A stretch of DNA of 64,000 bases, from positions 186,001 through 250,000 of the IMG/VR virus record IMGVR_UViG_3300017917_001996; one strand, 5' to 3'. Shown here in pieces: positions 54,094-63,077 of the stretch. Under the pieces are notes generated by a model. The model was not told the origin of the DNA and did not search any database. It saw only the letters and a list, made by a program, of their open reading frames with translations. A program made the translations under genes and the position numbers. Every line of letters begins with the position of its first letter. Within the stretch, counting starts at the first letter, position 1.

Positions 54094-55587
54094 ATGCCTG
54101 AATGTATACTAGAAATACTTGACGAAGTAAACGTAAAAATTAAAGGGTTGGATTTAGACAGCCGTCGCCAACTAGTCAATCGATATAAATTTGAAATTCC
54201 TGGAGCAAGGTATTTGCCTGCTGTACGTCTAGGTCGTTGGGATGGCAAAGTAAGTTATTTTCAACTCAGTGGCAGTACTTATATTAACCTGTTGCCGGAA
54301 ATTTTACCTTGGTTAGAAGAACGGGGCTACAATGTTGAACTAGAAGATCAACGTGATTATCGCACACAGTTCAGCTTTGAGCAAGTACACGAAAAAAGTT
54401 TTGAGCACATACTGTGGCCCAAAGGACATCCTGCTGAAGGAAAGCCTATCATGCTACGTGACTACCAAGTTGAGGTAGTTAATAAGTTCTTGTCCAATCC
54501 ACAGTGTATACAGGAAATCGCCACTGGTGCTGGTAAGACAATTATGACTGCTGCCTTGAGCAATGCAGTTAGTCCTTATGGCCGTAGCATTGTTATTGTA
54601 CCTAACAAAGACCTAGTTCGCCAAACAGAAAAAGACTACATTAACATGCAACTGGATGTTGGTGTTTACTTTGGCGACCGCAAAGAATACAATAGGCGGC
54701 ACACTATCTGCACTTGGCAAAGTCTTAATGTTATGCTTAAGAATACCAAGAACCACGAAGCAGAAGTTACTATACACGAATTCTTAGAGGATGTAGTGTG
54801 CGTGATCGTTGACGAAGTGCACATGGCCAAGGCTGATGTACTTAAACAACTGCTAACAGGTCCTATGTCTCGAGTGCCGCTACGTTGGGGTCTAACTGGT
54901 ACAATACCCAAAGAGAAATATGAATTTATGAGCTTGTTCTGTAGTATTGGACAAGTCATTGGACGTCTCAGAGCCAGCGAACTGCAAGAGCAAGGTGTGC
55001 TGGCGCAGTGCCATGTTAACATTGTTCAGTTAGTTGAGTATGCAGAATACAGCAACTATCAAAGCGAATTGAAGTACTTGCTGGAAAACGATAAAAGAAT
55101 CGCTTACATCAGTAAGATGATCAGCAGAATCAAGGATTCGGGTAACACATTGATTCTAGTGGACAGGATTGGTGCAGGCAAGGCATTACAAGCTCATCTC
55201 AGCTCGTTGTTTAGTGTATTAAAAGATGCACCCGACGTAGTGTTTATTTCGGGCAGTACCAAGTCTGCTGATCGTCAAGATGAATACGAACAAGTTAGCA
55301 CAGCAAATAACAAGGTTATGATTGCTACCTACGGTGTAGCTGCTGTGGGCATTAACATTCCACGAATTTTCAATCTAGTGCTAATTGAGCCTGGCAAGAG
55401 CTTTGTGCGTGTTATCCAAAGTATCGGGCGTGGCATTCGTAAAGCCGAAGACAAAGACTTTGTACAGATCTGGGACATTACCAGCACCTGCAAGTTTGCC
55501 AAGAGACACCTAACACAGAGAAAGAACTTTTACAAAGAAGCCAACTATCCATTTACCATAGACAAAGTTGACTATCAAAAACAATAA
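54094..55587 (+). CDS. uvsW: SF2 DNA helicase, UvsW-like
   Basis: LRDYQ, ATGAGKT, IVDEVH, GLTGT, GINIP, QSIGRGIR; promoter TTGTAT-N17-TATAAT at 54058-54086. Confidence 0.9.
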   Translation: MPECILEILDEVNVKIKGLDLDSRRQLVNRYKFEIPGARYLPAVRLGRWDGKVSYFQLSGSTYINLLPEILPWLEERGYNVELEDQRDYRTQFSFEQVHEKSFEHILWPKGHPAEGKPIMLRDYQVEVVNKFLSNPQCIQEIATGAGKTIMTAALSNAVSPYGRSIVIVPNKDLVRQTEKDYINMQLDVGVYFGDRKEYNRRHTICTWQSLNVMLKNTKNHEAEVTIHEFLEDVVCVIVDEVHMAKADVLKQLLTGPMSRVPLRWGLTGTIPKEKYEFMSLFCSIGQVIGRLRASELQEQGVLAQCHVNIVQLVEYAEYSNYQSELKYLLENDKRIAYISKMISRIKDSGNTLILVDRIGAGKALQAHLSSLFSVLKDAPDVVFISGSTKSADRQDEYEQVSTANNKVMIATYGVAAVGINIPRIFNLVLIEPGKSFVRVIQSIGRGIRKAEDKDFVQIWDITSTCKFAKRHLTQRKNFYKEANYPFTIDKVDYQKQ

Positions 55588-55598
55588 AGAAAAACAAT

Positions 55599-56108
55599 AT
55601 GTCAAGAATTTTAAACTTAGATACCAATCGTGCATACGATATGAACGAGATACCCGAAGAGGTTGATGACCTTAGGTTCTGTGTGCTAGATAACAGCGAC
55701 CCGAAGAATCCTGATTACTTTTTTATACCATTAATCTTTTTAGAGAGCTTTAATAGCCCTGCACTGGTACTAAAAATTGGACCTTGGACAGTTAAAATGC
55801 CTGTGGACTGGCAACTGTTAATTGGCGAAAAGGATCTGGGCGATCTAGAAGTAGTACCATTGACCAGTATTAATGATCGCGGCTTTTGTGCATTTTGCTT
55901 TAATCCTATTAGCAGCTTTAGACCTGAATTTCATCCAGTTGAAATTGTAGACATCTATCAAGATGTTAAATGGTATTTTCCTAAACTCAAGCCCGGACAG
56001 ATGTTGGCAGTACCATTGGAGTCAGATACTGATAAACCTATGTGCGTGTATTTTGTCAAAGAGATTAGCCGAATGAGCGAAGTAGTTGATTTTAGCAAGG
56101 CATGGTAA
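55599..56108 (+). CDS. Hypothetical protein, possibly a degenerate Hint fold
   Basis: Beta-rich pattern LKIGPWTVKMPVDWQLLI...EIVDIYQDVKWYFP. Confidence 0.55.
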   Translation: MSRILNLDTNRAYDMNEIPEEVDDLRFCVLDNSDPKNPDYFFIPLIFLESFNSPALVLKIGPWTVKMPVDWQLLIGEKDLGDLEVVPLTSINDRGFCAFCFNPISSFRPEFHPVEIVDIYQDVKWYFPKLKPGQMLAVPLESDTDKPMCVYFVKEISRMSEVVDFSKAW

Positions 56109-56120
56109 TATAATACAGCT

Positions 56121-56579
56121 ATGAGTGATAAACTAAACATTGCCAACGAAATGCGAGCCTTTGATAACAAGGATCGCGGTTTCTATGATAGCCTAACTGA
56201 AGAAGAACGCAAGAAGTTCAGCACCTACTTAATGCTCAAGTGGGGCGCCAACGTAGAAGGCAGTCCCGAATTGCAAGAATGGTATTTGCGTGTGGTCAAT
56301 GATCGTGTAAATCTTAACTTTTTTGATTTAGGAAGACATCCTAAGTTGCAGTGGCTTCTGTGTACAACGGTGAGCCCTGGGCTAGGAGTAAAACGTCACT
56401 ATTGGATTACTTCCAAGCGTGGTAGTACCAGCAAAGCATATAAGTTTATTGAAAAACAATATCCTCATCTTAAACCCGATGAAATTGAACTGATGTTGCA
56501 GATCAACAGTCCAGATCAAATTAAGAGTTATGCACGAGCATTGGGTTGGGATGATAAACAGATCAAATCTGAGCTATGA
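56121..56579 (+). CDS. gp62: Clamp-loader small subunit (T4 gp62-like)
   Basis: FSTYLMLKW...HPKLQWLLC...KRHYWI; promoter TTGATT-N17-TATAAT at 56086-56114. Confidence 0.55.
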   Translation: MSDKLNIANEMRAFDNKDRGFYDSLTEEERKKFSTYLMLKWGANVEGSPELQEWYLRVVNDRVNLNFFDLGRHPKLQWLLCTTVSPGLGVKRHYWITSKRGSTSKAYKFIEKQYPHLKPDEIELMLQINSPDQIKSYARALGWDDKQIKSEL

Positions 56580-57280
56580 TTGTGGCAGAACCTGTAGTCA
56601 AATATACTTGTAAATTTTGTGGGAAGAGTTTTTCAAAAGAAACTACACTGATCTCTCACGTCTGTGAAAAGAAGCGCAGAGCACAACAAGAAAAAGAAGT
56701 CGGCGTACAGCTAGGTCTGCAAGCCTACTTGATGTTCTATCAAAGTACCCAAGCAGGCACTAAAAATAAAACGTATCAAGACTTTGCGGAAAGTCCATAC
56801 TATACTGCATTTGTAAAGTTTGGGCGCTATTGTGTGTCTATTAAGTGTATTAACTTTGCATCATTTACTCGCTGGCTACTACAGAACAACAAAAAGTTAG
56901 ACTACTGGTGTTCAGATAAGTTGTATGAAGAATGGATGGCAGAATACTTAAAGCGAGAGCCTGCACAAGATGCACTGGAACGAGCCATCAAGGAGATAAC
57001 CGAGTATGCAGAAGATCATCCAGAGCTTAAAAACGGCTTTCGGGATTACTTTAGGTATGCTAATAGTAATCGAATTTGTCATCATATCTGTAGCGGCAGG
57101 ATTAGTCCTTGGGTGGTGTTTAACTGCGCTAGTGGGGTAGAGTTTGTTGAGCGATTACCAGCAAATCAAGTTAACCTACTGTTACCGTGGATTGACCCAA
57201 CATACTGGAACGGGTTTTTTAAAGATAATCCCAACGATGTTCAATGGGCTAGGAGCATCTTAGCAGCAGCAGGATTATAA
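56576..57280 (+). CDS. Zinc-finger protein of the replication cluster (remote gp59 helicase-loader resemblance possible)
   Basis: YTCKFCGKSF...L..HVC; C-terminal SGRISPWVVF. Confidence 0.55.
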   Translation: MIVAEPVVKYTCKFCGKSFSKETTLISHVCEKKRRAQQEKEVGVQLGLQAYLMFYQSTQAGTKNKTYQDFAESPYYTAFVKFGRYCVSIKCINFASFTRWLLQNNKKLDYWCSDKLYEEWMAEYLKREPAQDALERAIKEITEYAEDHPELKNGFRDYFRYANSNRICHHICSGRISPWVVFNCASGVEFVERLPANQVNLLLPWIDPTYWNGFFKDNPNDVQWARSILAAAGL

Positions 57281-57281
57281 T

Positions 57282-57659
57282 ATGTCACAACTTAAAACAT
57301 GTGCCAAGTGCAATGAAACAAAAACGCTGGCTGAATTCTGCAAAGCCAGCGGCGGCAACTACTATAGATCCGAGTGCAGGGCGTGTGAAAAAGCATTAGC
57401 TAAAGTCAGAAAGCAAATTAAAGAATCTGCGCCACCGGTACCAGATAACTATTCCTGCCCTATATGCAATAGAACCGAAGCTGAAGTAAAAGGCCGCGGA
57501 GGTAAGAAGTCAGGTACATGGTGTTGTGATCATGATCATGTAACTAACAAGTTCCGGGGGTGGTTGTGTCATCAATGCAATAGAGCATTGGGCGGAATGA
57601 ATGACAGTGTCGATCGACTAAAAAATTCAATTAAGTATTTGGAAAGTTCAAGGAAATGA
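57282..57659 (+). CDS. Endonuclease VII-type (His-Me finger) nuclease
   Basis: CPIC...CCDHDH..NKFRGWLCHQCNRALG; N-terminal CAKC...CRAC. Confidence 0.82.
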   Translation: MSQLKTCAKCNETKTLAEFCKASGGNYYRSECRACEKALAKVRKQIKESAPPVPDNYSCPICNRTEAEVKGRGGKKSGTWCCDHDHVTNKFRGWLCHQCNRALGGMNDSVDRLKNSIKYLESSRK

Positions 57660-58252
57660 AATTCACCAGTGACGTTGATATAGACTTTGCAGATAGACAA
57701 AAAGTCTTAAGTTTAATCCGGCATGTGCCTGCGACTATAGCTGAAGGTACAGATCGTACAGCACACAATACTGGAATTTACGTTACTGACATTCCTGTAG
57801 ACCCATTTACAGGGCGTAGTGCAATAGATTATCGAGAAGCTGAACGTCGTGGTTATATTAAGCTAGACTTTCTTAATGTTGGGTTATATAACCAAGTTAA
57901 AGACGAATCGCATTTGCTAGAACTTATGCACCGCGAGCCACCTTGGCACAGGCTCTACGAGCCGGAGTTTTGTTCACAGTTGATCCACGTGAACAATCAT
58001 TATGATACACTGATTAAAATGCCCGAGGCTGTTAACAGTATTCCTAGGCTAGCTATGTTCTTGGCTATCATCCGCCCTTCTAAGCGACATCTAATAGGTA
58101 AGACTTGGGCAGAAGTTGCTCGGACTATATGGGACAAGCCCACGGATAACAGCTACTACTTTAAAAAGAGCCATAGCGTAGGCTACAGTCATCTAGTAGT
58201 AGTTAATATGAATTTGTTGGATCTAAACGGTCTTACGAATCAAGGTAATTGA
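57656..58252 (+). CDS. Miniature DNA polymerase III alpha (DnaE, family C) catalytic-core protein, 198 aa
   Basis: Collinear DnaE motifs DVDIDF, HNTGIYV, YIKLDFLNV, LAIIRP, YYFKKSHSVGY. Confidence 0.8.
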   Translation: MKFTSDVDIDFADRQKVLSLIRHVPATIAEGTDRTAHNTGIYVTDIPVDPFTGRSAIDYREAERRGYIKLDFLNVGLYNQVKDESHLLELMHREPPWHRLYEPEFCSQLIHVNNHYDTLIKMPEAVNSIPRLAMFLAIIRPSKRHLIGKTWAEVARTIWDKPTDNSYYFKKSHSVGYSHLVVVNMNLLDLNGLTNQGN

Positions 58253-58594
58253 CCGACGCTTACTGCGTTTTGATGCTATCTCTTTGAGATTAATCTGAGG
58301 TCCCATGCGGATCTCAACGTCTTTGCTGTTCATAGTTTTAACGCAAAACTTGAATTCAGCCCATTCTTTCTTTAGGAAAACGTTAATAGGAATTATCCTA
58401 TTGCTTTCCCACCACCATTGCTCTCCTAATTCTAGGAAACGCTTCTTCTGTTCAGGGAACTTTATACTACCAAAGTCGTAAATGGTAGTGATTTGCTCAT
58501 CGGAATTTTGTATGATTCCGATGTATTCGTTGCCCCCGTAAACCAAATAGGTTATAAAAGGGTACCGTGCGAGTAAGGGTTCGATTTCTTCCAC
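58223..58594 (-). CDS. Conserved hypothetical protein (WWWESNR.IPI motif)
   Basis: Coherent ORF convergent with and overlapping the mini-DnaE by 30 nt. Confidence 0.7.
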   Translation of the reverse strand: MEEIEPLLARYPFITYLVYGGNEYIGIIQNSDEQITTIYDFGSIKFPEQKKRFLELGEQWWWESNRIIPINVFLKKEWAEFKFCVKTMNSKDVEIRMGPQINLKEIASKRSKRRSITLIRKTV

Positions 58595-58613
58595 TGGGCT
58601 AAATATAAAAATA

Positions 58614-59108
58614 ATGATAACAATCTATTTATATCCAAATATAATTGACGTTCAATTTTGGGACGTAACTCTTTTCAGTGCAAGGAACCAATATATGTAT
58701 GCTAAACCTGTAGTCGTGTACCAAGGAATTGACAATCCTCTGCAGGTTCGCGTCAAGAACCAGGAGCAAACTCCGGTGAACATGACACCGTATTTACTGC
58801 AGGCCGAAATACAAGACCCTGATAGTTTCCTAACAGTAGAATCCTTTGGTATTCAATTTCAAAATGTTACCAAGGGTATAGGAACATTTGTAATCCCAAA
58901 AGATTTAGTAAATGGTTTAGAGCAGCGACGTTACAAGTTAACGTTTAAAGCTATAAACAAATCAAGCAACCAAGAACAGCCAGCATATATTGACCACAAT
59001 TATATGGTTCCGATGGATTTAATAGTGTTACCTGGTTATTATTCGACAATGCCTCCGGATGCCGAGGAAACCGACGACTTCTTAAAAATTGATGGTGGAA
59101 CAATATGA
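58614..59108 (+). CDS. Virion structural protein (Ig-like / BppU-N-like)
   Basis: Late promoter CTAAATA at 58599; VYQGIDNPLQVRVKN pattern. Confidence 0.5.
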   Translation: MITIYLYPNIIDVQFWDVTLFSARNQYMYAKPVVVYQGIDNPLQVRVKNQEQTPVNMTPYLLQAEIQDPDSFLTVESFGIQFQNVTKGIGTFVIPKDLVNGLEQRRYKLTFKAINKSSNQEQPAYIDHNYMVPMDLIVLPGYYSTMPPDAEETDDFLKIDGGTI

Positions 59109-62100
59109 GCTTAAACAACCAAGTTTTAAATTTAGATGCAAGACAGATCCTTTTAAAAAGAGGAAATGCAATAGTTAGCCAAGGTTACGTGGGTCCAATT
59201 GGCGAAATAACTTTAGATACAACTCTTAATACACTACGTATTCACGACGGTGTTACACCCGGCGGTACTATTATTCCTACTGCTGCTAACGTTGCAGCCG
59301 AAGTCACTGATGCAGTTAATGTAATTGGCGGAACTACTATTTCGGGACAGATTGCTACAGCACTTTTACCAGTATATGCAAATATTGCATTAGTAAATGC
59401 AAATGTATCTAGTTTAATTGGCAATGGCCCAACAACACTTAACACTCTAGCAGAATTGGCTGCTGCGGTTGATAACGATCCAGATTTTGGTGCTAAAGTT
59501 TTGCTAGCATTAACACAGGTACGTGCCAATGTTACCAATGAAGTTAACCGTGCAATTAACGCTGAACAAGTATTACAAACAGCGATCAATAATGAAGTTT
59601 CGGCTAGAACCGCAGCAAATGCAGTATTAGTCAGTTTGATAGGCACCCAATCTAACGCATATATTGCTGCTGACAGCGTACTTCAAAATAATATTAACAC
59701 AGAATCCGGATTACGAGTTGCTGCTTTTAATCAATTACAAACTGATATTAGTAATGAGGCTACTGCAAGATCTTCTGCTGACACAGCATTACAAGGCAAT
59801 ATCATTGCTGAAGCCACTGCAAGAGCTTCTGCAGATACAACACTGCAAACAAATATCAACAACGAAGCAACAACAAGATCTTCTGCTGATGCAGCACTCC
59901 AAGCAAACATTGATTCGTTGAACAATAGTTTATCAACTGTTGCTAAAACTGGTTTGTATTCAGACCTTTCCGGTAAGCCAACTCTATTAAGTCAGTTTAC
60001 CAATGATACAAATTTTGCAAACGTTTCTTATGTTGACACGCAAATTTCCAACATAATAAATGGTGCACCGTCAACTCTGGATACCTTAAAAGAAATTGGT
60101 GATGCATTCCAGTCAGCTGACGGTAATCTACTAGCAGCAATAAATTCTCTAACCAGCTCGAGCTCTTCGACAGTTGATGCCGAAGAAGCAGCTCGAATTG
60201 CAGCAGATACTGCTCTCCAGGCAAACATCGATGCTGAGACTACTGCTCGTATTTCTGCAGATACAACACTGCAAACAAATATCAACAACGAAGCAACAGC
60301 TCGTCTAAATGCAGACGCAGCGTTACAAGGTAATATTGATGCAGAAGCTACTGCTCGTATTGCAGTAGATACTGCACTACAAGGAAACATTTCTGCTGAA
60401 GTTACCGCTCGCACTGTGGCAGATACTGCACTACAAGGCAATATTGATGCAGAAGCTACAGCACGTACTAGTGCAGATACCACTTTACAGACTAACATTA
60501 ATAATGAAGCTACCACTAGGGCAAATGCAGATATAGAATTACAAGGTAATATTATTGCTGAAGAGACAGCCCGAATTGCAGCCGACTTGTCATTGCAAGG
60601 AAATATTACTGCCGAAACTACTGCACGTATTGCAGCAGATTCTGCATTGCAGGCTAATATTACTGCTGAGGAAACAGCCCGCATTGCTGCCGACACAGCA
60701 CTACAAGGAAACATTACTGCTGAAATTAGTGCAAGAGTAAGTGCCGATACTGCACTACAGGGTAACATAACTGCCGAAGAAACAGCAAGAATTGCAGCCG
60801 ATACAGCACTGCAAGGAAATATTACTGCTGAAGCTACTGCTCGTTCTAGTGCCGACACTACATTGCAGACAAACATTAACAATGAAGCCACTGCAAGAGC
60901 AAATGCTGATACTGCACTACAAGGCAATATTGATGCAGAAGCTACAGCACGTATTGCAGCAGACTCTGCATTGCAAGCAAATATTGAGGCAGAAGCAACG
61001 GCTCGTCAGTCTTTACAATCAAATTTACAAAGTCAAATTAATAACATCATTAGTAATGTTGACCCTGGTGCCTTAGACAGCTTAACGGAGATCGTTACAG
61101 CATTCCAAGGTTCTGATGGTAATATTATAACGGCACTTAATACGTTAAGTTCTGGCACAGGCTCTAATATTGCTGCTGAAGCTAATGCTCGTATTGCAAG
61201 TGACTTGTCACTACAGAGTAACATTGAAACACTAACAAATAGTCTAGCCAATGTTGCATTTACTGGAAACTATTCTGACTTATCAAATGTTCCACCAGCT
61301 CTGAATACTGGTGATGTGCAATTCCTCGACGACGAGATTTATACTCAAACAGGAAGGATGTCATTCTATACAGAAGGTGCAGTATTTCCTGAAATTAACA
61401 GAATTGACTTCAGTACAGATCAATTTGGTATTGATGTTACAGGTGAAATACAACTTTATGCTGGCACCAATCTAAGAGTTGTTACAAACAATGCTGTAAA
61501 TGGTAGAACTTGGGAATTCAAAGATACTGGATCTTTAGAACTCCCGGGCATTGAAGACGATACTACACCAGTGCTGGATTTCTTTGGTGGCCCAAGCGGC
61601 TCCTTAGGAAACCATATTGTAACACTAGCCAGCGATTGGACACTGAAAGTCAAGGCTCGTGCCGATGCTGCCAACGAAGGTCACTTATGGTTAGAAGCAG
61701 GACAGAATACCAAGATTGAAATCAATGGCTCGACTTCTAACATAAACTTAATTGCCAGCGATGGAGTGTCCACAAGCACTTGGACCTTTGATAGCAACGG
61801 TGATCTAACTGCTGCCGGTAATGTAATCAGCGGTAATGGCAGAATTAATTTTGTAGCTAACAGTTCCGGCGACGGTTACGGTTACACAACCATGGAACTA
61901 CGACCCGACACCAGTATTTCCAGCGATCAATACATTATCATTGATCCTACTGCTCCAAGCCACATACACATTCGTGCAGGCGGCACCCAGGATCAAAGTG
62001 GCGCACAGCTATTCTTAGGCGGCGAGAAAAACCACTTTACTGTTACCGATGGTGGCCTAACCAGAATGCAAACTGAGCAGCTGATGTCTACTGCTACCTA

Positions 62101-63067
62101 TAGCTTTAATACCACATTGGGCTTTAGTTCTGCGGTATGGAGCAGCGATGGATTAAATCATACGATTCTAATCACCGATCCTACTGTTGATGTTTATACA
62201 GCAGTCTGGGCATTGACCGGCGAAAGTTTAATTGAACTTTATGACGGTAACAACTATTATACTGTAACTTATAGTGGTTATGGTACTCCTGGACATCCTG
62301 CTCCTGTGACTTTAACTGTCAACGAAGCACCGCCTTCGAGTCCAATTAATCTAAATAGTATCTACATTGATATTAGACAGACTAGACAATCCTATGTTGA
62401 AGTCAATGGCACTGATATCCGTATGGAGGCCATGGACGACATCAGAATTTATAGTAACGATGTGTTTAGACTGTATAACAACTCAACAGTTGATCCAATT
62501 GAAATAATTGTTAATGCCGATGTTGGACCAGAAAAGCGATGGACGTTTAATGTTGGCGGAACAATAACCTTCCCCGACGATACAAATCAGTCAACTGCCT
62601 GGCTTGGGTCAATCGATCGAATTGAAAGCGGGTTAGCTAATGTAACTGTTGCCAACACTGGCGTAGTAAGTTTACCAGCGGTAAGCAATAGTCAGGTTAC
62701 AATTTCTGGTGCAACCAAAACTGTTAAAGGTAATCCATATTCAGTAAGAAGTGCCTATAGCAGTGAATACGAAATTTGGAAGGCCAGCTCTGAAGATGTT
62801 GTAGCAGCTAAGGTCACTGTCAGATTACACAATGACTATTATACTTACACTGAATTGTTTGATGTAATGCTAGTCAAAGAAGCAACTAACAATGCTAATG
62901 TCAGCTTTAGTGTGGGACCTAGAATTAAGTCCAATGATTCCTATCCAGACGGCGTTGTTGATGTAAGACTAAGCGACGGAAATAAACTGACCTTGTACTA
63001 TGCAAGTGTTCAAGGTGATGCCAGCTTCTACACATTTGATGCTGTTGAATTTACAAAAACTGTTTAA
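59105..63067 (+). CDS. Long tail fibre: Mtd-N-like head, 18-residue coiled-coil repeats, beta-rich C-terminus
   Basis: LLKRG...GEITLDTTLNTLRIHDGVTPGG; AExTARxxADTALQGNI repeats; APxTLDTLxEI motifs. Confidence 0.75.
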   Translation: MSLNNQVLNLDARQILLKRGNAIVSQGYVGPIGEITLDTTLNTLRIHDGVTPGGTIIPTAANVAAEVTDAVNVIGGTTISGQIATALLPVYANIALVNANVSSLIGNGPTTLNTLAELAAAVDNDPDFGAKVLLALTQVRANVTNEVNRAINAEQVLQTAINNEVSARTAANAVLVSLIGTQSNAYIAADSVLQNNINTESGLRVAAFNQLQTDISNEATARSSADTALQGNIIAEATARASADTTLQTNINNEATTRSSADAALQANIDSLNNSLSTVAKTGLYSDLSGKPTLLSQFTNDTNFANVSYVDTQISNIINGAPSTLDTLKEIGDAFQSADGNLLAAINSLTSSSSSTVDAEEAARIAADTALQANIDAETTARISADTTLQTNINNEATARLNADAALQGNIDAEATARIAVDTALQGNISAEVTARTVADTALQGNIDAEATARTSADTTLQTNINNEATTRANADIELQGNIIAEETARIAADLSLQGNITAETTARIAADSALQANITAEETARIAADTALQGNITAEISARVSADTALQGNITAEETARIAADTALQGNITAEATARSSADTTLQTNINNEATARANADTALQGNIDAEATARIAADSALQANIEAEATARQSLQSNLQSQINNIISNVDPGALDSLTEIVTAFQGSDGNIITALNTLSSGTGSNIAAEANARIASDLSLQSNIETLTNSLANVAFTGNYSDLSNVPPALNTGDVQFLDDEIYTQTGRMSFYTEGAVFPEINRIDFSTDQFGIDVTGEIQLYAGTNLRVVTNNAVNGRTWEFKDTGSLELPGIEDDTTPVLDFFGGPSGSLGNHIVTLASDWTLKVKARADAANEGHLWLEAGQNTKIEINGSTSNINLIASDGVSTSTWTFDSNGDLTAAGNVISGNGRINFVANSSGDGYGYTTMELRPDTSISSDQYIIIDPTAPSHIHIRAGGTQDQSGAQLFLGGEKNHFTVTDGGLTRMQTEQLMSTATYSFNTTLGFSSAVWSSDGLNHTILITDPTVDVYTAVWALTGESLIELYDGNNYYTVTYSGYGTPGHPAPVTLTVNEAPPSSPINLNSIYIDIRQTRQSYVEVNGTDIRMEAMDDIRIYSNDVFRLYNNSTVDPIEIIVNADVGPEKRWTFNVGGTITFPDDTNQSTAWLGSIDRIESGLANVTVANTGVVSLPAVSNSQVTISGATKTVKGNPYSVRSAYSSEYEIWKASSEDVVAAKVTVRLHNDYYTYTELFDVMLVKEATNNANVSFSVGPRIKSNDSYPDGVVDVRLSDGNKLTLYYASVQGDASFYTFDAVEFTKTV
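60176..61039 (+). repeat. 16 tandem degenerate 54-bp (18-aa) coding repeats
   Basis: Counted from the translation; a further 7 copies lie at 59534-59911. Confidence 0.85.
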
Positions 63068-63077
63068 GGTATAAGCA

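Noticed and set aside
59105-63067. Diversity-generating retroelement suggested by the Mtd-N-like domain
   Set aside because: No reverse transcriptase and no adenine-variant TR/VR pair seen in this window.
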